A DNA stretch of 64,000 bases from the NCBI GenBank assembly GCA_012295275.1, contig CM022665.1, positions 10,726,001 through 10,790,000 of the forward strand, written 5' to 3'. A program made the position numbers and the translations under genes. The number at the start of each line of letters is the position of its first letter. Position 1 is the first letter of the stretch. Under the pieces are notes generated by a model that saw nothing but the letters and a program-made list of their open reading frames with translations, searched no databases and was not told where the DNA came from. Shown here one piece after another: positions 50,681 to 64,000 of this stretch. The DNA is from Chrysomallon squamiferum (lineage: Eukaryota > Animalia > Mollusca).

Positions 50681-52647
50681 AAGTCAGATATACAACTAAC
50701 AGTCAGACAGAAACACTTTTTGTTTTTTAATTTTATATATATATAATAACAATAATTTTATTCATCTAACCAGACTGCTCATTTCATTAGTTAAAACAAT
50801 CCATTCTCCTGTTCATTTATTTATTCGTTCGAAGATTTATCCTTCCCTCTTCGTTCGTTCGATCATTCATTCTTCCCTCCTCACTCGTTTCATTATTCTT
50901 TCTAGTTTTTCATTCATTCTTCCATCTTCATTCGTACTTTTCTTCATTCTTTCAGTTATTTCTGCATCAAAATAACGCGAAGAAGCAAAAATATCTATGC
51001 ACATACGGCAAAATTTCAAAGCCAAACAAGGAGTACCGTTAGATAGTTTGTGTATACATACATCTTGCTGATCTCTGGCACGAGAATTTAAAATTATATT
51101 TTCTCGCCTTTTAAGTTTTCTAACTGGAGTCAAGCCAACCCTTCATATTTTTAACCCATAATTGATTGGGACATTATATTTTACATACATTACTGGCAGA
51201 TTAAAGAAAGAAATAAAGAAAGAAAAGAAGATTGAAAGAAAGAAAAAAAAAAAAAGAAAAAAAAAGGATAAAACGATGGGAAGGGAAGAAACCTATATAG
51301 AGGTAAAAAGTATATTTATTGCATTCACAACTTTGACCTTTTTCCTCCTCTGTTTTTTGGTTAAGCACATGTACTGAAATGTTATGAAATTTTAAGACAT
51401 CTTTTAACTAAACAACGTTTACCATGTCTATACGTAATCTGTGATACTCGGCACCTAGGAAATCTTTAAGGGAAAGCATTTTATCATTTGTAACAACTAC
51501 ATGGGGAAAATAAATTAAATAAAGAAACCAAAATTTGAAAAAGAAATTTTATGTTTGTTTGTCTATGTATGTATATATATGTATGTATGTATGTACATAT
51601 ATATGGAATCCAAGAGCAAAACAGACTCCGAAATCTTTAAGGAATAGCATTATTGCATCTGCATCAGCTCCAGGAAAAACAACCACACAAAACAAATATT
51701 TGAAATTCAAGAATGAAACACATTAAATGGCAGATATACATTTTCAAAAAGAGGCTGTCAACCTCACGCATATGAATGATTTTTATTATAAAACAAAAAA
51801 GATTTTAAAATTAATAAAATAATAATAATAATCGGAACGACTGAAATGAGGGGTTAACGTGCGCCAGTTACGCCCCTTGGATTCTCACTTTCTTTACTCG
51901 GCAGGCACAATTACTTATCTCACTGCCTCTCATCATTGAACACTTTAGCTTCCAGACAACTCATATTTATACCTGCATTTTGAACATTTTAACTTCAACG
52001 AAAATAAATACCTAACACATCTGAATAAATGAATGAATATCGGTTTGCGTCACCTCGCATTAATACCCTGAAACTGTAACATAAAAAACTAAGTGATAAG
52101 GCCGTGAATGCAAAACAACAATAGCAAGAGACTGAAATTAAAAAATTCTGATATATTAAAACACAACGATGTATATGCATGCATTTTAGCGTTTTGCTAC
52201 TGCGGTCACTAATACTGTTACTACTACTACAGATATTGTTTTTTTTTTACCAGTTACGAAAGACTGTAATTACCAATAGGGTTATAGTTGAAAACTGAGA
52301 CAAAATGTAAGGTAAGTATGTTAAAAATTAAAAATCAACCTTGATGCTGCATAATAAAAAAAAAATAGCTGTAAATTTAAACCAAGAAACACACTATTTA
52401 AATGTTTTATATGTGAAATTATATTGATTTGTCTTGCATAGCTTCACTGTTCGAGTTTTTCATCGAATGGCTTATACATATACCACAAGTAAATACATCT
52501 CATTTAGTAACATCGATATTATCTGGCTATGCAGTACAGTGTACATGAATTTGTTGGTTATGTGTATAAAAGTACTTGTATGTATATCTGTGTTTTATGT
52601 GTAAATATGTATATATACTCTTGCGCTTTTAATAATATTAATATACA

Positions 52648-52687
<40 letters not shown>

Positions 52688-53559
52688 CAGCTATATGGGT
52701 CTATATTAATATTATTAAAAGCATAAGAGTGTATGCATATATATACATATATATATATATATATAAATTGACAATAATTTAAAATTATTTTATAATAGTA
52801 GATTCTGTAACTAATCACTAATGCATGCAACCGTTAGTTCAGTCAGTAACTTTAGTGTTTGAAATAATGGTGTGAATTACGATTATATCTTCCAGTAAAC
52901 AGTTCAGTTTACATCCCATAACAGCAAATTTCGATAGATATTCCTTTTTACTTAGATGAACCTAGAGCGAATTAGTGCACTGGCCTATAGAAACAGTTTT
53001 ATAGTTATATTATGTGAATGTATGTATGTATGTATGTTTGTTTGCATGTTTGCATGTATGTTTATATGTATATATTCATATACACAAATACACACACATA
53101 CGTGTGTGTGTGTGTAAGAAGAAAGAAGTGTCACTTATTCAGTTTTCACTGTTCTGAAGAATAACAGTATACGCAGCAAGTAATTGGATACAGTAAAACG
53201 CAGTTCAAGATAGTTTAATAATATTTATCATTAAAAATTTAATTTGTTCGTGTAATCACTGATATTGTAACAAAAACATTTAATATTTCCGATAACTGAG
53301 TTAAAAAATATTAAAATAATAATAAGAAGAAGAAAAACAAAAACAAACCAAATCAAAATCTGAAGCAAATGTTTAACGTTAATAATGATGATGATGATAA
53401 TTACAAAAACCAATAAAATAATAATAATAATAATAATCATTATCATTATCATCATCATCATAATAACAGTATCTACAGCAACGACAAAGACAATAAGGTC
53501 ATGTATAAGACAATAAGTACTAAAAAAATAAATATTTAAACAAAAAATTTCTCGACTAC

Positions 53560-54284
53560 GATTTTGTAATTTATCAAAGATAAAACACTCGAAATCCTTT
53601 CAGCTTTGTCATTATCCTCGAGTGGCCGTCAGATCTGTATTACATTATATTAATATATAAACATGGCCTTAATGGATTGGCGTATACCGCGAAGGAAGCA
53701 GTTTTCAATATTCATTTAACAAAAGGCAAATCTTTTGTCAACGTTATTTTATTTAAACCGCTAACTACAGCAAGGTTTTCCTGACCTTGTTGTCATGTTT
53801 ACTGCCATTGTACCGCGTGTAACCTTTTAAAAAATATAAAATTAATGATAATAATAAAGAAGAAGAAGAAAAGAAAGAAAGAAAAAAAAACTTCTTATGA
53901 TAATAAATCTGTCCGGCGTTTGGCTCTTTCCCTCGATGGAAAGGGGTGAAAAAATTAGAACGACAATGGCCCCGTGTTGGTTACTCGACAGATAGCGGGG
54001 TGTGTTCTGGAGAGGGGTCGGATTACGCCACTCTGGAAGTGTAATTCGCTACCACAAAGCGCCAGAATTGCCGACACATGCTCCGCATGTTATTAGTATC
54101 AATATGGAAGATCGGGTTGCAGGCGTCTCGGCTTACAAGTCAATACGCTGCGAGTTTAACCAGTATCGTATACCGAAGCCCTACCAAATCGACTAGACAG
54201 TCGGAGCAATAGCAGTAGCTCTTTTCGCAAGCTTCCATAATTTTCTTCTTTTTTTTTTCTTTTTCCTTTTTCTTCTTCTTCACC
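53560..54284 (+). promoter_or_regulatory. CpG-rich promoter and 5' UTR of the gene starting at 54285
   Basis: Among the most GC/CpG-rich stretches of the window; ATTGG near 53676; TGACCTTG at 53782; leads directly into a Kozak ATG. Confidence 0.65.
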
Positions 54285-54389
54285 ATGGAAAGTGAAAAAG
54301 AAAACAACAACAACAACAACGCTTCAGATTCCGAGCCTTCTCGAGTAGCGAATTTGAAAATTAAACAAGAACCAGACGACGAGTTCAAG
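54285..54389 (+). CDS. First coding exon of an unidentified gene, possibly a transcription regulator (MESEKENNNNNNASDSEPSRVANLKIKQEPDDEFK)
   Basis: CACCATGG Kozak context, 35 codons, consensus donor AAG|GTAAGT, IKQE SUMOylation consensus followed by acidic residues. No later exon confidently identified in the window. Confidence 0.75.
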
Positions 54390-57300
54390 GTAAGTTTGTT
54401 TCATATTCTTGAATAAAGTCTTATACGATCTTATCGTCAGACTTTTTCACTGTTACGTCGTCTGCTTTCTCATTTCTAATAATACCCAGTAGAAAACATG
54501 CGTACTATATTATTTCCTAATTATTTACGAGTTTTATAATACTGCTTAACAACTACTTCGCTAACGATATTAACCGGTATTACCCAGGTAAATTTACTGG
54601 ACATATAATTAGTTTTTTCCGTTTGGCATTTGATTCCGTGGATTCTGCATGCCTTTCTCGGTTTCACAGAGAGCGCTGTCTAAATATAATCCTCTCCACT
54701 TTGATCGTATGTGAAGGTTCACTTTTACTTTGGATTTTATACCAGCCCAGACAGACTGCTGGATAACTTGATAAAGTGTATGTTGTCATTTTACATTGTG
54801 CCACATTTAATATCGCCACAGCAAACGAAGTGTAACTTGTAAAACCAGTCTAACGGAAACGAGTTACCGAAGGCCAAAAGGACTTGTTACAACTATTTTT
54901 ATTATTATATATCTATTATTATTTTATCATTATTTATGTGCTGTTATTTTTTTTTTTTTTTTTTTTATTAGTTTTGGTAATTTTATTTCTACTATGTAGT
55001 ATTGTTAACGAATATCTATCGATATTACACCAAAGAAGATTTCTTTTCGCTAACAGAATAAAATACAGCGGTTTTATATAAAGGCTTGTTGGTTCGAATC
55101 CACAGACACGATATTTTAAATAGTACGTTAACCATTTTACCTTTTAAACATGATTTATCACACTTTAATCATTTAAAATATATATGAAATTAAAATTTCA
55201 ATTAATATCTTGATTATAAAAGATAGTTCCAATTTACGATAAAATGTCCGTACATCTGTACGTGAGTGAATTCAGTTACAACAACTCTAGAACATTTAAT
55301 CACAGCTCCATATTTACTTCTTTTTTTTTTTTTTTTTTTACAGGAAAATGTATTTATCGATTTTCTGTTTGTAATATTTGCAATCGGATTAGGTTATTTT
55401 TATTCCCTCTAACAGAAAAATAAAAATAATAATATTAAAAACAAATAAACGTTGGATTTGTATTTGTTTATCTGAAATTAGTCCGGTCACACAGTAACAC
55501 ATTTTTTTTTTTTTTTTTTTTTTTTAAAGTTTATTTTTTATTTTTATTTTTAAATATATTTTTATTATGTGTCAATCGTTAGGTTCAGCTAACGTACCAG
55601 CTCGGGTGAGAAGGTCTCGAATCTTTGTCACAGTATACTTTTTAAAAACAGGGTGACGTAACCTCAAATGCGCAGGTTTCATTTTCTAAATATAGAACTG
55701 TATTTATAAACGTACTTCATTAAAACTGTAAAGAGTTTTAAGCAAGATAAGCCGTGAATTGTTTATTTATACATTTGCTCTGTTCTTAATAGTACTAGTA
55801 AAAATAGTAGTAGTAGTAGTAGTAGTAGTGCTAACAGTAGCTGGTGTTGGTGATGGTGTTGCTGTTGTTGCATTAATATTGTAAGTAGGAGTAATAATAA
55901 TAATAGAGGTACAAGTAGCATTAGTATAGTAGTAGTAGTAGTAGTAGTAGTAGCATTAGCTTAGTAGTAGTATAATTGTTACAGTTGTTGTAACAGTTGT
56001 AGTAGTAGTACAGAAGTAGGATTTTTGTTATTGTTGTAGTACTATTATTACTCAGATAATGATAATGATGATTATAATGATGGCTATAATTGACTGCAGT
56101 AGTAGCAGCAGTAGTAGCAGCAGCAGTAGTAGTAGATGTAGTTTTTACAGATCTCTGACATAATTCAATGTCTAAAGAGTCTACCAGTAAGCATATAAAG
56201 TAATTGTTTCATATTTGTTCTCTACAAATATACAGTATTCTGCCAAAAACACAGAATAGTGTTTACTGCTTCTGGTGACTTTGGAGCGGTTGTAGTAGTA
56301 GTTGTTGTTGTAGAAGGGGTGGAATTGATAATGGTAAATGGGGGTAGTAGTAGTACTAGTTGTAGTAGTAGTAGTAGCAGTAGTAGTAATATTAGTAGTA
56401 GTAGTAACAGTAGCAGCAGCAGCAGTGACAGTAGTGGTAACCGTAGTATTAATAATAGTAATATTAAAAAAATAATAATAAAAAAAAAAAAATAAAATAA
56501 AAATGTAAATACGAAATTAATAATAAAGAAACAAGATGAATATATCATCATATTACCTGGTTACGACAACTACAGATACCATAAACAAATTTAAAACAAA
56601 AAATAATAATAATAAAAACAATAATAGAAAATAATTGCGTGATATGCTCTGTAATTTTAACTGTTATTCAGATATCATTTTCTTTTAGCAAATGTAAATA
56701 CACAATTGTATTTTTATTTCTTAGCTAGTAAAGCTTCTTTTCTTTTACCAATCTTCAGATATTTTTTTATTTTCCCGCTGAAAACAGTGGGAAGAGGTCT
56801 GTTCAGTGCACATTTCTATTTATTTATTATTATTATTTTATTTTTTTTAAAACTTTTTGGCTTTTAGCTTAGTATATATGTAATGTGACACCGTCTTAGT
56901 TAAGTAAACTACATAATATAAATGATAAAAGACTGAATCAAAGACTGATATAGACATGATGAAGACCTAAATTATAGGAAGCAACAACTCTCAAGCTTTT
57001 ACACGGAATATAAGTCTGAATTAACAACTGAACTGAAATTCCATACAATCCCATCATACTAAGATACCTTAAGCTGCAGCCTTTTACCCTTGTGCATGTA
57101 TTTAAATTCAGCTCGGCATTGGACATATGGGTTATGTAAAGACAGTCACATTGTAATCTGATAAAATAATACACTAAGCAGAATTTGTTCAATGGGAAAG
57201 CAGCATATTTGTCGGTAATAATTTAAAAACTGAATACATCGTATTCTGTAGCGGCTTTTGTTTCTTCTTTGTCGTCTGCTTTTACTGTCAGTTAACAAGT

Positions 57301-57706
57301 GTTTGTTTGCAGTATAAATATTTAGCATCAACGTTGAATTTCCATAGAGCTGTCACAGCATGTACGCATGATTCACTGACAAAACATTAGATTAGGTAAG
57401 AAGGTGAATCTGATGCCCGTGTCTAGTGAGACACTTGAGAGTTTAATGGATTTTTATTTCACATTTTGTGACCATTAATAATTTAAGTTACGTATATTTA
57501 TTAGTATATCATGTTCATATTACGGTACTTCATAATTTACAAGTTATCTGGTGTATCTACTTTATCGGACGTTTTCTGTTTTATTCTTTTATCAGAAATG
57601 TGTAAACGCAGGTAGAGAAACATGCCTATATATGCGTGTGTGTGAGTGTGCATATATACACCCATACACTTTTGCATATATATATATATATATATACATA
57701 CATAGA

Positions 57707-57757
<51 letters not shown>

Positions 57758-58482
57758 TACACACATTCTTTGTTATTGTTATTATTATTACTGTTACTAT
57801 TACTATTACTACTTCTACTACTACTGCTATTATTGTTATTATTATTATCATTATTATTATTATTATTATTATTATACAATGATATTATCGCGACATCCTA
57901 TCCGGGATATATGTCATAGCGAACAATGAATCATTCACATGGACTGCACAAAATCGTTGCCTCCGTATCTAAACGCTGTTGTTGCGGATGTTGCGATGGT
58001 GTCGTGTAGAATTACACCTGAACGTGATACAAGACACTGAATATGACAGAATATCATGTTACCTGCTGCAATTTCCATCGATTTGCCTCCAAAAGCAGAT
58101 GAGATAATTGGTATATAGAACCACATGGCAAGATAATTATCGTGCACAAAACGAGAAAAGTGCTTATAAAAATTTATGAGTTTAAAATTCATGTCGTCTC
58201 AGGATTTAACTTTAAAGTGAATAGGACTCTAGCGTGGAGGCATGGAGGTATAAGAGGCGTGTTTTTTTTTTTTTTTTTTTTTTTTTCTTTTGCCCCAAAG
58301 CGCTCCTAGTTTCTAGATCATCATGCCCTCACGAAGTCATCTGTAGCGTGGGTGTAATGTGTGTTTTAAAATCCAGTGACTAATGATGACATAAGTGACC
58401 CCCATCCTGCTAGTCGACAGAAATCGCCTTTGTATTACTTTAATACATTAACCATTTAAAGGAGACGTTTGTTTTTATGTAA

Positions 58483-58569
<87 letters not shown>

Positions 58570-59231
58570 CGTCGTTGTTCTAAAATTTAATGTCTGTATG
58601 CCAGGTTCAAAGAGAAATGAGAAGTAGAAACACTAATTTGGTAGTATCCATTGCTACATAATGTACATACATACATGCGTATGTACGTACGAACATACTA
58701 CATGCATGCATACATACATATACACACACATACATATATATGCACAGCCACACTCATATATACAGACATGTCCATAATACATACACACATTCATACACCT
58801 ACATTTACATAATTACATACATAAAACACACATCCAAACATTGAAACAGCCATAGAGATATATTATACATAAATAAGCAGTCAGAAACGAATTTGAATTT
58901 GTTCGAATGTTCATTTTCACTTATGTTCAAGTACTCTGTAATTCTGAAGGTCATATGCATTGTAACATGAAGCTCGATATTCATGATGACTAATATCAAA
59001 TGGTGTAATTTAAATCCGAAATACGTATTTGATCCGACCACCGACTACCTGATACTGGTAAAGTATATCTAATCTAATTTTCCTGTATGTGTATATGTAA
59101 TTTGTATAAATTGATAATGAAATACAGTTTGACACTCTTTTCTACTTCATTTTGTATTGTCACTTTAAAAAGTTAATAGATTATTACCTATCAAACCAGT
59201 ATTGTTTTCATGTAATGACTATGAGAGGAAA

Positions 59232-59305
59232 GGCCGCTTCTGTAGCTCGGTGGGCTACTCTTACCGATTAGCAACAACAGATCGTTAATATGCACCTTCT
59301 CATAG
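59232..59305 (+). mobile_element. Short fragment of a SINE-like interspersed repeat
   Basis: GGGCTACTCTTACCGATTAGCAACAACAGATCGTTAATATGCACC resembles an abundant gastropod repeat recalled from memory; not verified. Confidence 0.4.
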
Positions 59306-59359
59306 TTCTTACTTATTTTATTATTACTATTGTTGTTGTTGTTGTTACCATTATTACTG

Positions 59360-59421
<62 letters not shown>

Positions 59422-59724
59422 TTTATTTTTATTTATGTTTAATTATTTTATTTTTTATTTTTTTTTATTTTAAGATATAATTCTAACCATTGAATCACTG
59501 TGTGCTCACCAGATTCATATATGTCATGACTTGTAAAAAATACAAGATTATTTAATTAAATTCATTCACATTTCACTACTTACAGTGTACATATTTATTA
59601 CGATATACGTGTATGTTTATGTATGCATGTATATATGTATGTATACGGATGGATGGCTATAGAAAGACCGATAGATGCGTAACACTTTTTGGAGTGATCT
59701 TTTCTTTTTCTGCTCACAGTATTG

Positions 59725-60473
59725 CTACAGTTCGGTTACACGATAATTTATAACAATTTGTCTTCTCCCCTGTCCTTTTCCCACGCCAAACAAAGCAACA
59801 CCATACATCCTTTTATACTGCACTCTACGAAGCACATACAAGTCAGACATATTTCTATTTAAAAGTACTTTGTAACAGTGGGAAATATATGTTACCTGAT
59901 TACTTGAAAAGAAGTTTTTAAAAAATTTTATTCTGTAATAATGTTGTTGTTTTTTCGTTATCTTTATTATACGCATATTATGAAGCATAATGACGATTTC
60001 ATTGTATGTGTGTATGTGTATTCCTTCAGCGGGCTCCACTTCACACTCTCTGTAACTAATACCCCAGTGTCACCCACCGCCCCTGTGGGCGTGTTTACTT
60101 TATTAACTGTTCCTTGTAAGCGTAACAAATGACAGATGACAAGCATATATAGAATAAATGATAGAGTATTTTTCCTTATAAATTCAAGATGACTGTCGAC
60201 TGATAGTTGCTAGGATCGAATCGTGATATCGCCCAGAGATAACTGTTTTTTTGTTTTGTCTCTTAAGACACTAATGCTGACATGGTGATGGTGAAACGAT
60301 ATTATGTTACTTAGGTGGGTGTGTATGTTTGTGTGGGTGTGTGTAAGTACATTTTTTTGGTATGTATGTATGTAGGTATTTACGTTCTACAAAGAACAAA
60401 ATTCAATACAGATAATAAAAAAACAATTTATAATTCTGAAACAAAGGTACGTGTCACTAATTCTTGCTTTTTT

Positions 60474-60504
<31 letters not shown>

Positions 60505-61014
60505 CTGTTGTTGTTTCTATGGTGTTTTAAACGTCTGTTATATTGCACAGTTAAGAGCAGAGAACAGATGAAAGAAATTTAAACTGATAAGAACTATTTT
60601 AATAGGACTGCTAAGCTTACTGCGAGTAGAAAAGATTTCTGTTACATAACCATTCTTTTGTTCTTTTGTTCGTTATTATCTGGTCAGACTGTATGTCATC
60701 AGAGACTTTCCATATTAAATTGTATATTGTTTGTTTCGTTTATATTTAATACCGTTCACTGTAAAATGATAACCTTTTGTAGAATAATTTTAGATAATTC
60801 CTATCCGTTTCTGCGATTAAATCTTAATGTAATCCGAATTTTGCTTGGTGAAGCAGGTATTATTATTATTTATTATTATTATTGTTATTGTTATTGCTGT
60901 TGTAATCATCATCATTAACATCAACATTATTATCATGATTATTATTATCATCATTATCACCATTGTTATCATCTTTATTATCAATATTATTACCATCATT
61001 ATCATCAACACTGA

Positions 61015-61062
<48 letters not shown>

Positions 61063-61107
61063 TACCATCATCATCATCATTACTATTTTAGTTTTTTTCT
61101 GTTATTT

Positions 61108-61138
<31 letters not shown>

Positions 61139-61530
61139 TTCATTCATTTCAGACTGGAAAGTTTATTATAAAATTTTAATTCCGTCTCACTAATAAAAAG
61201 AAATGGTTTTAACAGTACATGAATTATTTCACATTTAATTGTTATTCACGGGATCGTTCACACAAGATCATTTTCTTGAACCGGTTTTCTCTTACAACAT
61301 TTGATATTAGAAAAAAGAGACGAGTTTCCTCTTACGTTGACACCTCAGTTCACATGAGTTCATTTTCTTTTCTTTTTTTTCTTTGTTAGTAGCCACACTG
61401 AGACACAAGTTCGCAGTCGTGGCCAGTATTAGACGAGCGATGGTAACGGGTTAGTAGTATTAGGGTTAAGAGGGAAAGAAATTCTGAATATTATATTTCA
61501 AGACCAGCAAATGGTATGGATACCGGCAAA

Positions 61531-61626
<96 letters not shown>

Positions 61627-62399
61627 AGACAGATCGACAGAGAAAGATGCAGCAGACTGAAAGAGAGGAGCACAGACAAATTACTAGTGTTGATACTGTT
61701 TGTTATTCAACTGACGTACGAACTTTTACTATTAGTTTTATAGATCGTATTGTTAGTAGTAATGCTATACTGCTATAGTTATTTACAGTGGCATATCGTG
61801 TATTAGTGTTGATACTATTATACTTCTTCAACAGTGTTGATAATTTTTAAATTTTTTGAACTTACGTATCTATTGTTATTACTGGTGTCGATGCTGTTAT
61901 ACTTCTTCAGTAGTGTTGATACTGTTAAAGTTTTTAAACTTGCATATCTGCTGTTATTACTAGTGTTGATGCTGTTACAGTTATTAACAGTGACATATAG
62001 AGAATTCTTTCGTTAAGGGAGGCAGAGGGGATGGTTTGCCCGAAATTGTAAAAAAACAAGAAACAACAACAAGTATCAGTTTCTTCTTGCTTTGCCCAAA
62101 TTTTCCCCTCAGTTACGCTCGAATTTGATAAGGCTTGTTGCCCCCTCCCAACCCTCTCAGCCCTTCTTTTCCCATGTTTTTTCAACTGATGTACGTACTG
62201 TCATTATTATATGTTTCGACAAATGTGTTTGATTTCTCTTCAGCTTCACTGGGTCACTGTAACTGTATATAAGTGTTTCGTTGGTCTGTGCATTTGAATC
62301 GATTTCGCTTGAAAATTGTCGATCCACCGAACTTGACACTCCCATGTACAGTAAACACAACCACGCTGCGCCCGCAATTTGATAGCAACGTCTACGCAT
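59725..62399 (-). CDS. Candidate small secreted protein or peptide precursor, 123 aa, 2 coding exons
   Basis: Exons 62399-62199 (MRRRCYQIAGAAWLCLLYMGVSSS...HIIMT, donor ACA|GTACGT) and 59895-59725 (acceptor ATCAG|, VTYISHC...YRVTEL*), phase 0/0. Basic-hydrophobic-small-residue signal-peptide pattern; sequons NET, NQT, NMS; not low-complexity. Confidence 0.5.
61532..61624. repeat. Compound (TG)n(AG)n microsatellite
   Basis: Dinucleotide runs. Confidence 0.95.
61680..61995. repeat. Degenerate minisatellite, about 78 bp unit with internal GTGTTGAT subunits
   Basis: TAGTGTTGAT(A/G)CT(G/A)TTA and TACTTCTTCA...GTGTTGATA...TTTTT.AACTT...TATCT recur. Confidence 0.8.
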
Positions 62400-62587
62400 C
62401 TGGATAGCAACCTAGACAAGTTAACTGGGTGCAACGTTATAGAAAAGGAAAGGAATATTTATTTTTGATATCGTAGAACGGTGTTAGTCATACATATATT
62501 ATTGTTATAGCAACGACACGTTTTGTCATGTAATATCCGTTGTTTTATTTCTTTGAATTTAATATAGCTAATGTATTGTGTGTGTAT

Positions 62588-62619
<32 letters not shown>

Positions 62620-62773
62620 TGAGGTATCTGTATTTATATGTATGTAATATACGTTTGTATGTATGTAAGTATATAGTTTGATATATATATATAATATCTA
62701 TATAATATGCAAATACCATGTATGACATATAAGTAAAATAATATGGAAAAGAAACGACGTTTTACTCTTAAAT

Positions 62774-62880
<107 letters not shown>

Positions 62881-64000
62881 AGCCCTCTTTATACACGCAT
62901 TATAATATGTAGGTCAACGATGTTAACATCTCTACTCAAACTGAATTAGACTATTACGCACACAGCACTTACGACAGAAACTGAAGCAATAACGTAATAC
63001 CGCACGTTACCTAATAAAACACTTGAGACTAGACAAGTAGTTTATGACGATTATAGCTCAATTATTATGTCATTCGTTGAGATAATGAGTGGTCACGTGA
63101 CTATAAAATGAACTTTATTTTCGGACTACAGAGAAAATATAATATGAAGTAAAGGTCATTCGGAAATTTATTTTATTCATTTATTTATTTATTTTGTTAT
63201 TATTGTTGTTGTTGGTGTTGTTGTTTTATTTTTTATTTTTTTTTAAACAGTATCTAAAACAGAGCTAATATACTCTAGAATCTTTAGAACCTCAATTCGA
63301 TTTCTGCAGCTCTTTTTTATTTTATTTTATTTTTATTTTTATTTTTGTTTTTATTTTTTTTACTTTTTTCACTTTTTTTTTTTTTTTTTCCAGACGCCAC
63401 ATAACCGTAAATAAAATGCTTTTAGTGCGTCGTTAAATAAAACATTAAATTTTTTCTTTTTAAATTCTTTTTTTTATTGTTTTCTTTTATGCTTTTTATT
63501 TATCATTTAAAATCTTTTTTATCATAATTTTTTTTCTTTCATTCTTTTTCACACTTTATTATTTTTTTTTTCTTCTTTTACTTTTTTTTTTCTTCCTTTA
63601 TTTTTCTTTAAATTTTAAAAGTATTATTTCTGTGTTCAGCCCTATAGGTGACCGATAACAATGATTAAGCTGGAGGGTATAATTTATTTAGATATCACAT
63701 TTGCAGGTATTATTATTACGAGAAAGTAAATTTCATATTGAAGTTACAAAATTAAAGACATTCAATATATACTAATCAGCAACTGTCAGTCTACGACTTT
63801 GCTTTGCAAATTAAGTCGATTTCATCTATTACAAAATGTGAGAAGCCTGTTTCTCCAAAATGTCTACAGGCGGCAACATCAAAGTGCAAGGTAGGTTATC
63901 TTACCTGATACGATAGAACAGGTAACAAGAAATAACGGGAAATGATATGCAATGGGGGGAAAAGTTAATAATTATTAAATGAAATTATACTGGCAGCTAC

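Noticed and set aside
54285-54389. Calling this gene TBX1 from the vertebrate GNB1L-TBX1 neighbourhood
   Set aside because: No T-box sequence is visible, and the gene lies on the 5' side of GNB1L; identity cannot be supported.
57935-58192. 85-aa minus-strand ORF in a CpG-rich patch
   Set aside because: No recognisable domain and no phase-consistent link to the other exons; more likely regulatory DNA or a repeat relic.

Overview
Very AT-rich, microsatellite-dense eukaryotic DNA with spliceosomal GT-AG introns, most likely an invertebrate animal and probably a mollusc (inference from gene content and repeat types). Hand-spliced gene models give: (1) the 5' three coding exons of an SLC22 organic cation/anion transporter (minus, runs off the left edge); (2) a complete 13-coding-exon USP6NL/RN-tre TBC Rab-GAP (plus, 691 aa); (3) a complete 5-exon MOLO-1/TPM-domain-like protein with signal peptide and hydrophobic C-terminus (minus, 251 aa); (4) GNB1L (minus, 2 coding exons, 319 aa); (5) the first coding exon of an unidentified, probably nuclear protein (plus, 54285); (6) a candidate 2-exon, 123-aa secreted-protein/peptide-precursor gene on the minus strand downstream of that exon. 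Repeats include two copies of one hAT-type MITE, an RTE LINE 3' remnant, SINE-like remnants (one with a decayed hammerhead-like core), a decayed tandem copy of the USP6NL last exon, and several local duplications. Most ORF-track entries are microsatellite artefacts. No CRISPR array, rRNA, tRNA or prokaryote-type system is visible. The best novelty candidate is the small secreted minus-strand gene at 59.7-62.4 kb. All family calls are from recognition of translated sequence, not database searches.
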